DNA from: a virus
Reading direction: 5' to 3' (one strand)
Length of the DNA: 64,000 nt
Virus record (IMG/VR): IMGVR_UViG_3300034121_001395
The position numbers and the translations under genes were made by a program. Positions 20,703 to 31,461 of this stretch are shown piece by piece; position 1 is the stretch's first letter, and each line of letters opens with the position of its first letter. The notes under the pieces were generated by a model. The model was not told the origin of the DNA, made no database searches, and saw nothing but the letters and a program-made list of their open reading frames with translations.

Positions 20703-21727
20703 GAATACTAATTACTGGTTGTAATAAAGCACAATGTACATATGACTTTTATCTGCAACAACAATTGCAGGTTGCGATGTGTCAATATAGTTTGCCACGA
20801 GTGCTTCGTGATATGGGTCATACAGTTGATATGCGTCCTACTATTATTGGTGAAAGTTTAGATGAATATGATGAGGTGTTTGTGTTTTTACACAACCCGG
20901 CCGGGTTTGCCGGGTTTGTCTATAACGCACTTTGGGCAATATCACGTCATCCAAATTGTATTTTTGCTTTTGATGATTGGCAAACCGATAGTATTTTCTC
21001 TGGAATCACTTCGCTGAGCGATCCAACTAAGTTATTTAGAAAATTTGTTGTAGACAGTCATACTAATATTCCAAGTGATATTGAAACGCATGCAGATGTA
21101 TTTCTTCAAGCAATTGAAAAGATAAAGAGCAAAACAAACAGAATGTGTATGCCCGCCTTTGCTGGTGGTGACCTAAGTCTATTATTAGACTGGCCAAAAG
21201 AATTGCTATTTGGATACAACCCAAATCCATATCACTTAAATCGCCAAGCAACACCGGCTCTCTTTCCTGAGCCAAAACAGCGAGTGTTTAATTTTGCTGG
21301 ACTAGTCCAAGACAAGACTAAAAAATGGTTGGCAAAACAGGGAGTAGAATCAACAGATTGGCCTCTAAAGCAATATGGCTCTCGTAAAGATGGCCAAGAC
21401 AGAGTTGTTGAAAGCGAAATGATGAATGTCTATGCATCACAATGGGGCATACTTATGCCTGGATATTTCCACGCTGGATCTGGATGGTGGAGAGCACGAC
21501 CTCTACAAATTGCTGACGTAGAGTCAATTCTTATTGGTGAACCTAAAGAAATGATGTTGTATTATCGTGACGAGAGCCTTGCAAACATTCGAGCATCTGA
21601 CATCGCGACTCTATCAGACTCTAAATTGACTGAAATTGCTATCGCACAACGAGAAGCGATTTATCGCAATCATCCGCTCAATAAAGAAGTCACACGTCAA
21701 GAATTAAATGCAGTACTAAATGCATAA
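20699..21727 (+). CDS. DNA glycosyltransferase, T4 beta-glucosyltransferase-like (GT-B)
   Basis: 342 aa; LRDMGHTVD, LDEYDEVFV, FAFDD and WRARPLQIA parallel T4 BGT (ISEMGLNVD, VNDYDRLIV, YLFTD, TLRVWETMA). Confidence 0.6.
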   Translation: MRILITGCNKAQCTYDFYLQQQLQVAMCQYSLPRVLRDMGHTVDMRPTIIGESLDEYDEVFVFLHNPAGFAGFVYNALWAISRHPNCIFAFDDWQTDSIFSGITSLSDPTKLFRKFVVDSHTNIPSDIETHADVFLQAIEKIKSKTNRMCMPAFAGGDLSLLLDWPKELLFGYNPNPYHLNRQATPALFPEPKQRVFNFAGLVQDKTKKWLAKQGVESTDWPLKQYGSRKDGQDRVVESEMMNVYASQWGILMPGYFHAGSGWWRARPLQIADVESILIGEPKEMMLYYRDESLANIRASDIATLSDSKLTEIAIAQREAIYRNHPLNKEVTRQELNAVLNA

Positions 21728-21783
21728 TTTCTTGTTTACTTTACACAAAAACAATATATAATATATCAAAGGAAAAATAAACT

Positions 21784-22848
21784 ATGTCATCTGTACTTGA
21801 AAAATTAAAAAAGAATTGCAGAATTAAAGAAGCTGATGTCCTTGCTGACAGCGACTTTTATTCTGAAAAAGACGTTACATCTACATCTGTGCCAATGGTC
21901 AACGTTGCTCTAAGTGGCAGTATTGATGGTGGTCTGACGAGTGGTCTTACTGTACTTGCCGGCCCATCAAAGCACTTTAAGACGAGCTTTGCATTGCTTA
22001 TGGCAGGTGCATACCTTAAAAAACATACTGACGCGTGCCTTATGTTTTATGACAGCGAATTTGGTTCTCCTCAGCAATACTTTGAAAGCTTTGGAATTGA
22101 CACTTCACGAGTGCTGCATATTCCAATTAAAAACATTGAAGAACTTAAGTTTGATATTGTTAATCAACTTGAGCAGATGGATCGCAAAGATAAAGTAATT
22201 ATTGTTATTGACAGTGTTGGTAATCTTGCAAGTAAGAAGGAATTGGAAGATGCGATGAATGAAAAGAGTGTTGCTGACATGACTCGCGCTAAAGCTCTTA
22301 AAGGATTGTTTCGTATGGTAACCCCCTACCTGACAATGAAAAACATTCCACTTCTTGCAATCAATCATACCTATCAGACTCAAGAAATGTTTAGCAAGGC
22401 TGTGGTGAGCGGTGGAACAGGAATTATGTATAGCGCTGACAATGTTTGGATTATTGGTCGTCAGCAAGATAAAGATGGCACTGAAATCCAAGGTTATCAC
22501 TTTATCATCAATGTTGAAAAGAGTCGATTTGTAAAAGAAAAGAGCAAGATTCCAATCAGCGTTAGTTGGGAAGGTGGAGTTCAAAAATGGAGTGGGTTGC
22601 TTGATATTGCGCTTGAAGGCGGTTTCGTAGTCAAGCCTAAAAATGGCTGGTATACTGCATACGATCCAGCGACAAAAACTGAACTTACAGGAAACCTTCG
22701 CGCAGCACAAACGCTGACAAAAGAATTTTGGGAAACCATCTTTACAAAGACAACATTTGCCTCACATATCAAACAAAAGTATACAATTGGTCTGCGAGAC
22801 ATGATTGATGGCGGCTCAGACCCAATTGTAGAAAACGAAGAAGTCTGA
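21784..22848 (+). CDS. uvsX: UvsX RecA-like recombinase
   Basis: AGPSKHFKT Walker A, FYDSEFG, DSVGNLASKKE and SGGTG. Confidence 0.95.
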   Translation: MSSVLEKLKKNCRIKEADVLADSDFYSEKDVTSTSVPMVNVALSGSIDGGLTSGLTVLAGPSKHFKTSFALLMAGAYLKKHTDACLMFYDSEFGSPQQYFESFGIDTSRVLHIPIKNIEELKFDIVNQLEQMDRKDKVIIVIDSVGNLASKKELEDAMNEKSVADMTRAKALKGLFRMVTPYLTMKNIPLLAINHTYQTQEMFSKAVVSGGTGIMYSADNVWIIGRQQDKDGTEIQGYHFIINVEKSRFVKEKSKIPISVSWEGGVQKWSGLLDIALEGGFVVKPKNGWYTAYDPATKTELTGNLRAAQTLTKEFWETIFTKTTFASHIKQKYTIGLRDMIDGGSDPIVENEEV

Positions 22849-22849
22849 T

Positions 22850-23449
22850 ATGAAGACTTTGGCGGACTATATACTTCTATTAAAAGGCGCGATGCCGCTT
22901 GATATGTGCGAGGCATTGATTGCGAGATATGATTCAATATCAAAAAATGATCCTTTAAAGGTACATCGTAAAAATAAAATCCTTGATTTTGAAGAGATTA
23001 ACATGCTTGATCATCCTGGATTTGAAGAGTTTAGGGTTCCAATGATGACGTTGATGAGAGCAGTCAATAAACACTATCTTGAAAAAACGTGTAATATTTT
23101 AAAGGATCGTTTACCGTGTTATGAACCTCTACAAGATTTTGAGGCGCCACGAATAAAACGTTATGAGCCTAGAACTGGGCTCTTTGATTGGCACACTGAT
23201 CATTGTGATGTTCCATCAAGTAAACGTGCAGTTGTAATGTTTTGGTATCTTAACGACGTTGCAAAAGGGGGTGAAACGTTATTTGATATTGGCACAGAAA
23301 TTGCAATAAAACCTGAAGCTGGTAATGTGCTCTGTTTTCCACCTTATTATATGTATCCACATAAGGGTGCAACTCCAATCTCTAACCCAAAGTATGTAAT
23401 TTCATCATATGTCTGGCTTCCACAGAAGTATGGAAATTCTTGCGATTAA
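22850..23449 (+). CDS. 2OG-Fe(II) oxygenase
   Basis: WHTD, WYLNDVAKGGET, YPHKG and KYVISS. Confidence 0.88.
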   Translation: MKTLADYILLLKGAMPLDMCEALIARYDSISKNDPLKVHRKNKILDFEEINMLDHPGFEEFRVPMMTLMRAVNKHYLEKTCNILKDRLPCYEPLQDFEAPRIKRYEPRTGLFDWHTDHCDVPSSKRAVVMFWYLNDVAKGGETLFDIGTEIAIKPEAGNVLCFPPYYMYPHKGATPISNPKYVISSYVWLPQKYGNSCD

Positions 23450-23454
23450 AATTT

Positions 23455-23757
23455 ATGCCGAGCGAAATATCTGACTATATATTTGTAGATGACCCTGCAA
23501 ATGACAAAGTGTATGCAATACGACTTGTTAGTGGGCCGTATGTAGATACCATCTATAAGTATGCAAATATAAAAATAAATGAAGACACAGAAAAAGAAAT
23601 GTGTACATTATCGTATGCGTATAATATAATGTCTACTCCAACTGGATGCGATAAAGAAACATTGCATTCTGATGCAGATTTTAAAAACTATATCGGAGAC
23701 GTATTATCTGATATACTTTCAAACCAAGAATATAAAATAGGAAACCATGGAGAATAA
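23455..23757 (+). CDS. Conserved T4-like protein upstream of the helicase (gp40 position)
   Basis: IRLVSGPYVDTIYKY..FKNYIGDVL; synteny uvsX-X-41. Confidence 0.55.
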   Translation: MPSEISDYIFVDDPANDKVYAIRLVSGPYVDTIYKYANIKINEDTEKEMCTLSYAYNIMSTPTGCDKETLHSDADFKNYIGDVLSDILSNQEYKIGNHGE

Positions 23758-25135
23758 TCTTCAAGACATCATAATTAAAAATCTAGTCAATAACGAAGCA
23801 TTTTGTCGTAAAACCCTACCACACCTAAAACCAGAATATTTTGAAGGACATCATAAGGCGATATATGGTCTTATATTGCAGTTTATAACAAAGTATAATA
23901 AACTCCCAAATTCATCATCGTTAGCAATTGAATTTCAACAGTCCGAACATACTCGTCGTACAGACGCAGGCGCAATTGCACAATCAATCTCAACGTTAAA
24001 TGAAAATTTTTCAGTTGAGCATGAATGGTTACTTGTTCAAACTGAAAAGTGGTGTAAAGATCGAGCAGTTCATCTTGCTATTATTGAAGCAGTTTCTATT
24101 ATTGATGGCAAGTCTCCTGACAAAGCAGAAGGAGCAATTCCAAGTATACTTAGTAAGGCGCTAAGCGTAACATTTGATACAAACGTTGGGCATGATTATC
24201 TTGAAAACGTAGATGGTCGCTATGAGTTTTATCACAAGACAGAAGATAAAATTCCCTTTGACTTGGATATGTTTAATACAATTACTGGCGGAGGCATTCC
24301 ACGTAAGACGCTAAACATTATTCTCGCTGGTACAGGTTGCGGCAAGAGTTTAGGAATGTGTCATATGGCTGCTGCTGCTCTTGCCCAAGGGCGAAATGTC
24401 TTGTATATTACTCTTGAAATGGCAGAAGAGCGTATTGCAGAACGTATCGATGCTAATTTGCTTGATATACGAATTGATAAAATCAAAGACCTGTCTCAAC
24501 GCGAATTTTATTCTCGCGTAGAGGACATCTCTAAACGCACTCATGGAAAACTTATTGTGAAGGAATATCCAACTGCAGCGGCACATGTTGGTCACTTTAG
24601 AGCACTGCTGCTCGAATTAAAACTTAAAAAGAAGTTTGAACCCGATATCATATATGTAGATTATCTTAATATTTGTGCGTCTTCACGTGTTAAAGGATTA
24701 AGTGGTAGCATCAACACCTATAGTTTTATCAAAAGTATTGCTGAGGAGCTTCGTGGTCTTGCTGTAGAGTTTAATGTCCCAATCTGGAGTGCCACTCAGG
24801 TGACTCGCGGAGGATTTAATAATTCAGATGTTGAAATTACTGACACCTCTGAATCTTTTGGCTTGCCTGCTACCGCTGACCTCATGATTGCATTTATTCG
24901 AACTGAACAACTTGACAAAATGAATCAGATTATGGTTAAGCAACTCAAGAATCGTTATAATGATCCAACAAGCAATAAACGATTTACTATTGGAATTGAT
25001 CTTTCCAAGATGAGACTATATGATATTTCAGATCCTATGGCAAATATTACCAATGATGGTGATAGTTCTCCAGTAGTAAGCACTCCATTTAATAGTCAAC
25101 GAAAAAATAGAGATTATAGTGACATAAAGGTGTAA
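23747..25135 (+). CDS. 41: Replicative DNA helicase (T4 gp41)
   Basis: AGTGCGKS, ITLEMAEE, VKEYPT, VDYLNI, SATQ and SESFGLP. Confidence 0.96.
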   Translation: MENNLQDIIIKNLVNNEAFCRKTLPHLKPEYFEGHHKAIYGLILQFITKYNKLPNSSSLAIEFQQSEHTRRTDAGAIAQSISTLNENFSVEHEWLLVQTEKWCKDRAVHLAIIEAVSIIDGKSPDKAEGAIPSILSKALSVTFDTNVGHDYLENVDGRYEFYHKTEDKIPFDLDMFNTITGGGIPRKTLNIILAGTGCGKSLGMCHMAAAALAQGRNVLYITLEMAEERIAERIDANLLDIRIDKIKDLSQREFYSRVEDISKRTHGKLIVKEYPTAAAHVGHFRALLLELKLKKKFEPDIIYVDYLNICASSRVKGLSGSINTYSFIKSIAEELRGLAVEFNVPIWSATQVTRGGFNNSDVEITDTSESFGLPATADLMIAFIRTEQLDKMNQIMVKQLKNRYNDPTSNKRFTIGIDLSKMRLYDISDPMANITNDGDSSPVVSTPFNSQRKNRDYSDIKV

Positions 25136-25173
25136 TTTTATAAATAATACAAATATTATTATAAATAGCTTAT

Positions 25174-26706
25174 ATGTCAAAACTAACCGAATTTAAACGT
25201 TACCTAACAGAGGCGCTCTCTACATCATCTGTAGAAAAAGCTGCATTCATTATTCAACGCTACCTTAAGAAAAAGACTGGTACTACATTTTTTAAATATC
25301 CTGGATTAGAAAAATACAAGAATCCTAATGGCACTGGTTTTGGACTACGTCTCTATACTACAAAGCGCAACCAAAGTATTCGTTTTAACTGGACTCAAAG
25401 CTCGCTTGCTGGTTTAAATAACTTAACATCTATTGATTACTGGAATGGTAAGAGCCCAACTCCATTTCATATTGAATTTGATCAGAGTGTCTCTCTTGTA
25501 AAGACATTGCCAATTGTTGCTGATATTATAATTGCAGGCACTGTTGAACTTGGCAAGATTATGTCTATGCCTGACGAGGTGCCACTCTATGAAGGAGTGC
25601 TAAATGAAGCACGTAGCAGTCATGACTTTGAAGCTATTTTTGATGAGATTGCTGACTATCTTGTTGACCCAAACTTTGTAAAAAGTAAGATTTACAGCAT
25701 GTACGGCATTCCTGGAGTCAAGATTTTTGACGCTCTTTCGGCAGCATATCCAAACTATATTGAAAAGCAAGGCATCAAGTATGTTTGGGTCGGCAAGGCA
25801 AAAGACTTAAAGCAAATCAAAGCTGAAAAGGGAAAGATTATGGCTCGTATTGGAGTCGTGGCCGGTGTCGTTTCTAAAGGTGCTGCTAAAGAAAAATACA
25901 GTTATTCTCCGGAAGTAGAACAAATTGAAGCAGATCGTGAGCGCCTATCATTTGAAGCTCAGCTAAAAGATCTTGAAAATCTCGTTAAACTTACAGTGAG
26001 TGGCGCATCAAATGCGCTCTTTGTTTCTGGTAAGGGTGGAGTTGGTAAAACCCATACAACTGAAAAGATACTTGCTGATATGGGACTGCGCGATGGCAAT
26101 GGTTATTTTAAAAATACCGGTTCCGCAAGTGCTGCTGGTCTCTATTCATTGTTGTTCCGTTACAAAAATGATATTGTTTTCTTTGATGATAGCGACGACG
26201 CACTTGGCGATCAGGAAGCTCGTAACCTATTAAAGGCTGCTACTGACACCAAAAAGATTCGTAAACTTGTTTGGAATAAAATGGGTAAAAATGTTGTCGA
26301 TCCTGAAAACGACATGAGTGATGACGAAATTATTGACCAAGGATTGATTCCTCGTTACTTTGAATTTACTGGTAAAATTATCTTTATCTCAAACCTTAAC
26401 CTTGACAAACTTGATCCAGATGGTGCACTACGTACACGTGCTTTTATCATCAACATCGATCCTACTGAAGTTGAAATCTATGACTTTATGGAAAAGATTG
26501 TAGGAGATATGAAGCTTGAAGACGGTCTTTCACTTGATCAAAAAGCTCGTTTGCATGTTGTTGATTTGCTTCGTAAGGGTAAGAGCAGACAAAGCGCCAA
26601 CCTTCGCAAACTCTCACGTGGCTTGAATATGGCTGCAGGAGCACTTGCTGCCGGTGTTGAAGTTTCCGACGGCGATCTTGCTCGTATGATTGAGTCTTAC
26701 GCATAA
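25174..26706 (+). CDS. P-loop (AAA-like) ATPase with capsid-targeting-like N-terminus
   Basis: GKGGVGKT, FFDDSD and IIFISN; N-terminus MSKLTEFKRYLTEA; TATAAATA upstream. Confidence 0.7.
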   Translation: MSKLTEFKRYLTEALSTSSVEKAAFIIQRYLKKKTGTTFFKYPGLEKYKNPNGTGFGLRLYTTKRNQSIRFNWTQSSLAGLNNLTSIDYWNGKSPTPFHIEFDQSVSLVKTLPIVADIIIAGTVELGKIMSMPDEVPLYEGVLNEARSSHDFEAIFDEIADYLVDPNFVKSKIYSMYGIPGVKIFDALSAAYPNYIEKQGIKYVWVGKAKDLKQIKAEKGKIMARIGVVAGVVSKGAAKEKYSYSPEVEQIEADRERLSFEAQLKDLENLVKLTVSGASNALFVSGKGGVGKTHTTEKILADMGLRDGNGYFKNTGSASAAGLYSLLFRYKNDIVFFDDSDDALGDQEARNLLKAATDTKKIRKLVWNKMGKNVVDPENDMSDDEIIDQGLIPRYFEFTGKIIFISNLNLDKLDPDGALRTRAFIINIDPTEVEIYDFMEKIVGDMKLEDGLSLDQKARLHVVDLLRKGKSRQSANLRKLSRGLNMAAGALAAGVEVSDGDLARMIESYA

Positions 26707-26725
26707 TCGTTTAGCATATACAATT

Positions 26726-26762
26726 AAAAAAACGGGGTCTTCTATGAGGATCCCGTTTTTTT
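26726..26762 (+). terminator. Rho-independent terminator
   Basis: AAAAAAACGGGGTC-loop-GATCCCGTTTTTTT. Confidence 0.8.
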
Positions 26763-26777
26763 ATAAGTAGTTTTAGA

Positions 26778-27242
26778 ATGATAAGTATCAAGGTACATGG
26801 CGCCAGACGTGACCGCCGCCTTTACAATCTTATAAAAAATGCTGCATATTTTTATCTAAAAACACTGTGTCCACGCATTCGAAAGATACGCATAGTAATT
26901 CAACTTATTGATAATTTGTCAGAATCTGAACGTGTGCATGGTGACTGTTGTCAATGTGGAGTCGATGAACCAGACATTGACTATATTGTAAGACTCAATA
27001 AAAGTGATTCATATCATCTTATATTAACGATACTAGCACATGAAATGGTTCATCTTAAGCAGTATGTTCGAAGAGAGCTTGTCCTTTATAGCGGCGACAA
27101 CGAAGGTGCCCGATGGAAAGGAGTCTACTGTTCAGAATATGACTATGACTCTGCTCCGTGGGAAAAGGAAGCGGATGAATACGAACTTGAACTCTATATG
27201 GCATTTTTTGAAAACTGTTCATTGTTGAAAGAGTATAAATAG
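26778..27242 (+). CDS. SprT-like zinc metalloprotease
   Basis: LAHEMVHLKQY and PWEKEA. Confidence 0.75.
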   Translation: MISIKVHGARRDRRLYNLIKNAAYFYLKTLCPRIRKIRIVIQLIDNLSESERVHGDCCQCGVDEPDIDYIVRLNKSDSYHLILTILAHEMVHLKQYVRRELVLYSGDNEGARWKGVYCSEYDYDSAPWEKEADEYELELYMAFFENCSLLKEYK

Positions 27243-27258
27243 TTAACAGACACAAAGC

Positions 27259-28197
27259 ATGAAAAGTTTTAAACAATATATTTATGAAATTGAATCTATG
27301 ATGACCTACGATAACTTAGTAAATATTTTAATTTCATTAGGGTATGACAAAATTAAAAAAATATCTGGAAATAAAATTGCAGTTCTTGTTAATGATAACC
27401 GAGTAACAACTCTTGAAAAAATTAATAAGAATATTAAAGGATCAATATACGATAGAAATCCTAGTTCTGAAAGTAGTGTAGGACGTGTTAACATATCAGG
27501 CTTTTCTATTCTAGCTAAACCAGCTTCTAAACAGGGAAGCGCCAGTGCTGGTGTAGAAAACGAACAAATTATTGTCGACACGATCAATAAAAGAACAAAA
27601 ACTGGTCCAATTAATGTAATTTTTAAAGCAAAGAATAAAAAATTCACTGTTTTAAATTGTGTTAAAGCCATTCAAGTTGGAGGAGATACTGCTGGAAGAA
27701 AAAAGGCAGATATTGTATTAATTAATTCAAAAAATAAGAGATATCCAATTTCAATTAAAAAGGATAATGCCGAAACATGGGAAAGCGCAGATAGTTATTT
27801 TGGTCCTACTGCATTAAAAATAATCAAAAAGGCAATAAAAGACAAAAAAACTAAACTTGTCAGCGAAGGCAGTTATTTTAAAATAGAACCTAACATTGCA
27901 GTTGAAGCCACACAAGCAGAAAAACAAGCCGTTGTTTTTGGTTCAGATTTAGAAAATGGCGGAGCGGTTGTCACAAAAACATTTGGTAGTTCGTCATTTT
28001 CTGATGACGGCGATACTTTAGTTGTTGATTGCTCTCACATAATTACATCTTTAAGTGATGTTAAAGGAGACAAGGACGTATATTTTCTTATAAGAAATGA
28101 TAAGACTCGTAAATCATTAAAGGAATATCCTGGCATTAGAATATTAGCTGTCTATACAAAGAGAATAAACCAAAACGTAGTAGTCGTTAAACGTTAA
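27259..28197 (+). CDS. PD-(D/E)xK-like nuclease-fold protein with capsid-targeting-like N-terminus
   Basis: AGVENE..KKADIVL..ISIKK; MKSFKQYIYE leader; TATAAATA upstream. Confidence 0.55.
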   Translation: MKSFKQYIYEIESMMTYDNLVNILISLGYDKIKKISGNKIAVLVNDNRVTTLEKINKNIKGSIYDRNPSSESSVGRVNISGFSILAKPASKQGSASAGVENEQIIVDTINKRTKTGPINVIFKAKNKKFTVLNCVKAIQVGGDTAGRKKADIVLINSKNKRYPISIKKDNAETWESADSYFGPTALKIIKKAIKDKKTKLVSEGSYFKIEPNIAVEATQAEKQAVVFGSDLENGGAVVTKTFGSSSFSDDGDTLVVDCSHIITSLSDVKGDKDVYFLIRNDKTRKSLKEYPGIRILAVYTKRINQNVVVVKR

Positions 28198-28205
28198 TTT
28201 ATTTT

Positions 28206-29444
28206 ATGATTACTTTTAAACAATACATAACAGAAGCAAGTACGGAAGGTAAAAATCTTCATATGGTTCATATTGAGGATCAAGTGCTCTATGGCGGTGT
28301 AAAGGGCGCTCGTGAAGCAATCATTGCATTACGCAGTATGAGAGACATGTTAGCTGGAAACAGTCCACAATCATATGATGTTGCTGCAAAGTTTGACGGT
28401 GCTCCAGCAATATTTGTTGGAACTGATCCATCAGACGGAGCATTTTTTGTTGCCAAGAAAGGCATCTTTAATAAAAATCCAAAAGTCTATAAGAGTGAGC
28501 GTGATATTAAGGCTGATACAAGTGGCGACCTTGCAGAAAAATTAACTGTAGCATTTAATGAATTTAAAAAACTAGGCATTAAAGGAGTATTGCAAGGAGA
28601 TCTTGCCTATACACAAAAAGATTTAAAGACAGAACGTTTTGACGGTGTTGAATATCTTACATTTCAACCAAACACAATTGTCTATGCAATTCCTGCTGAC
28701 AGCACTCTTGCAAAAACTATAAAGGCATCTAAGATTGGTGTAATGTTTCATACACAATACTCTGGAGACTCTTTTGAAACGATGAAGGCATCATATGGCT
28801 TTGATTCAGGCACTCTTAAAAAGACGTCTGGTGTATGGTTTTCAGACACATACATACGTGACCTGTCTGGCAAGGCTACGCTCACTGCCGCAGAAACCGA
28901 TCAGTTAACGGCTAAACTTTCTGAGGCTGGACGTATTTTCCAAAAGATATCGGGCAGCACACTTCGTCAAATTGAAGCAGACCCAACTCTTGCTCAAACA
29001 CTCGAGACATTCAATAATACATTCGTTCGTCGTGGAGAAGTTGTCACAAATACCACTCAACACGTGCAACGACTGGTAGATTGGGTGAGTGACCGGTTTC
29101 AAAAAGACATTGAATCTAAAAAGAGCGAAAAGGGAAAGCTCGCTGCAACTGGAAAGCGCGATGAGTTTATGTCATTCTTTTCTGATTCAAACAAAGCAAA
29201 CTTAGACCTCATCTATCAACTACAAAATGCACTCATTGATGCCAAGCTTATTATTATACGCAAACTTGACACTCTTAAAAAGATGAAGACATTTGTGCGC
29301 ACTTCAAGTGGCTTTCAAGTGACTCCACAAGAAGGCTTTGCTATCAATGACAGAATCAAACATAATGTCGTTAAGCTTGTCGACCGCATGACCTTCTCTA
29401 AGAATAATTTTGATCCCGCGATATTAAAGGGGTGGTCACATTAG
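28206..29444 (+). CDS. Conserved T4-like myophage protein (DUF6267-like)
   Basis: KNLHMVHIED, KFDGAPA, FQPNTIVY and KLVDRMTFS; MITFKQYITEA leader. Confidence 0.75.
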   Translation: MITFKQYITEASTEGKNLHMVHIEDQVLYGGVKGAREAIIALRSMRDMLAGNSPQSYDVAAKFDGAPAIFVGTDPSDGAFFVAKKGIFNKNPKVYKSERDIKADTSGDLAEKLTVAFNEFKKLGIKGVLQGDLAYTQKDLKTERFDGVEYLTFQPNTIVYAIPADSTLAKTIKASKIGVMFHTQYSGDSFETMKASYGFDSGTLKKTSGVWFSDTYIRDLSGKATLTAAETDQLTAKLSEAGRIFQKISGSTLRQIEADPTLAQTLETFNNTFVRRGEVVTNTTQHVQRLVDWVSDRFQKDIESKKSEKGKLAATGKRDEFMSFFSDSNKANLDLIYQLQNALIDAKLIIIRKLDTLKKMKTFVRTSSGFQVTPQEGFAINDRIKHNVVKLVDRMTFSKNNFDPAILKGWSH

Positions 29445-29473
29445 TGTAAAAGTTGTTTTTTATAAATAACTTT

Positions 29474-30364
29474 ATGCCACACTTATATGAAATACATTTA
29501 TTAGATCGAAAGGAATCTGGATTGTTACCATGGAAATATAGTGGATCTTCATATAATGATGAACCTTTTTATTTTGGTTCATCGTGTCATCCAGACTACA
29601 AAAATCATTTTAATATTTCATCAAATTTAAAAAAAGTTAAAAAAATTATTATTAAACAGTATAGTAAAACTGATATAAGCCCAATAGAATTGCGAATTAA
29701 AGAATCACAATGGCAAAAGAATAATAATCATAAATATGATGACGAATATTATAATTTATCTGATTCTATTCACCCGGTAGCAGATAATCAAATTTCTAAA
29801 GAGAAAATATCTAATACATTAAAACGAAAGGGAATAACGCCATATTCATCTAAAACTCATTCACATGAAGCGCTGTCTAAAGCAAAGGCAACAAAAGAAT
29901 TAAAGGGATTCAAGTGGTATTATTGTCCGCAAACGTTAGAATCAAAAATGTTTGCAGTTAAAATAGGAGATGTTCCTCCTATATCATGGTTACCTGGAAA
30001 AAAACCAAAAACAAAATATAATAAGAAACCACTAGGCCAACGTTGGGAAGTGTATAAAAATGGAAATAAAATTTGGGAAGGTCAAAACCTTAAAAAGTGG
30101 TCAATAGAAAATTCTTTAATTGGATTACCATATAATATACACTTATATAAAAAGAGAGAAATAGCTTCAACTCATATTATTTCTAGATCAAAAGTCACAA
30201 ATACTATAATTTTTGATGGTCATGATACTGGATTACTTCAATACCAATTTTCAATATTACATGAGTGTTCGTCATCATATATTTCTACAATTATAAATGG
30301 AACTGGCATATTTTATAAGTATTGTATAGCAGAATATAATGCTATAAAAATTAAAGAGAGGTAA
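29474..30364 (+). CDS. Putative GIY-YIG-like homing endonuclease
   Basis: AT-rich; LYEIH..KYSGSS..YFGSS..EYYNL; own TATAAATA promoter at 29461. Confidence 0.55.
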   Translation: MPHLYEIHLLDRKESGLLPWKYSGSSYNDEPFYFGSSCHPDYKNHFNISSNLKKVKKIIIKQYSKTDISPIELRIKESQWQKNNNHKYDDEYYNLSDSIHPVADNQISKEKISNTLKRKGITPYSSKTHSHEALSKAKATKELKGFKWYYCPQTLESKMFAVKIGDVPPISWLPGKKPKTKYNKKPLGQRWEVYKNGNKIWEGQNLKKWSIENSLIGLPYNIHLYKKREIASTHIISRSKVTNTIIFDGHDTGLLQYQFSILHECSSSYISTIINGTGIFYKYCIAEYNAIKIKER

Positions 30365-30367
30365 GCG

Positions 30368-30997
30368 ATGCCATACTTAAATCATAACACTCCGAATATT
30401 ACATGTTTCATAAGAAACGAATATCTTTTTAATCATGAAAAGGGTCATGGCGAATATACTCCTGCTAATATACACTCAGTAGCTTCTATTGAAAATCGTG
30501 TTCCACTCTTTGAAGCATTCTTGTCGAATGGTGTAAACTGGACCCGTCGTCCGCTGTCTGCGTTTTGTTGGAAAGAGTGTGATCCGCTTCCACTCGAAGA
30601 GCTTATCTACTGGGACTGCTTTAGTCCGTATATTGATGTTTCTATTCGCTCTCGCTTTAGGGGTTTGAGAGCGGAACTTATAACTCCATCAACTGCTAAA
30701 GTCTGGGGTGAATATCTCTTTACTCTTGATTGGGCTTGGGAAAATAAAGGGGTATTAGACACAAACTTTTCAGAGACAAGCGAACATAAGTGCGCTCATC
30801 TTTTTAAAGCGGACAGTGGTCATTTTTATGCATATCCAAACAATCGAATCTTGTGGCATGACAAAGCATGGAGTGATGAGCCTATAACATGCAATCCAGG
30901 ATATAAAATTGATAGCAATATATACAGTGTAGAAAACACAAAAGTTAGCTATACTGATGATCAATATATGACAAACTTTACAGTAACACCATCATGA
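30368..30997 (+). CDS. Conserved myophage hypothetical protein
   Basis: MPYLNHN..WDCFS..YLFTLDW..EHKCAH..YPNNRI family. Confidence 0.7.
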   Translation: MPYLNHNTPNITCFIRNEYLFNHEKGHGEYTPANIHSVASIENRVPLFEAFLSNGVNWTRRPLSAFCWKECDPLPLEELIYWDCFSPYIDVSIRSRFRGLRAELITPSTAKVWGEYLFTLDWAWENKGVLDTNFSETSEHKCAHLFKADSGHFYAYPNNRILWHDKAWSDEPITCNPGYKIDSNIYSVENTKVSYTDDQYMTNFTVTPS

Positions 30998-31440
30998 TGC
31001 AATCATTTAAAGAATTTTTATTGGAGAATACTGCCTATTATAGAGGCTTGTCAAAGAGTACGTCTGATAAACGAAGCGCTCATTTTAATCGTCAGACCCG
31101 TATGAGTGATGATGATGCAGACGCGTACAAACCTGCGCCTGGAGATGCACGCGCCGATACAAAGACGTCTAAATGGACGCAGGCATATGCCGACAAATAC
31201 GGAGAAGATCTTGAAGAATCAGAAACAAGTGCACTTCAAAAGAAAGCAGAAAAGACTGGCATAGCATACAGCATTCTTAAAAAAGTATTTGATCGCGGCA
31301 TGGCTGCATGGAAAACTGGTCATCGGCCAGGAGCCTCACAGCACCAGTGGGCATATGCTCGCGTCAACAGCTTTATTATGGGTGGACCTACTCAAAAGAC
31401 TACAGATGCTGACCTGTGGGCGCAGCATAAGGGTAAATAA
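30994..31440 (+). CDS. Conserved head-associated protein
   Basis: MQSFKEFLLE leader; RGMAAWKTGHRPGASQHQWAYARVNSF. Confidence 0.7.
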   Translation: MMQSFKEFLLENTAYYRGLSKSTSDKRSAHFNRQTRMSDDDADAYKPAPGDARADTKTSKWTQAYADKYGEDLEESETSALQKKAEKTGIAYSILKKVFDRGMAAWKTGHRPGASQHQWAYARVNSFIMGGPTQKTTDADLWAQHKGK

Positions 31441-31461
31441 GTATAAATATATAATCTGCAT

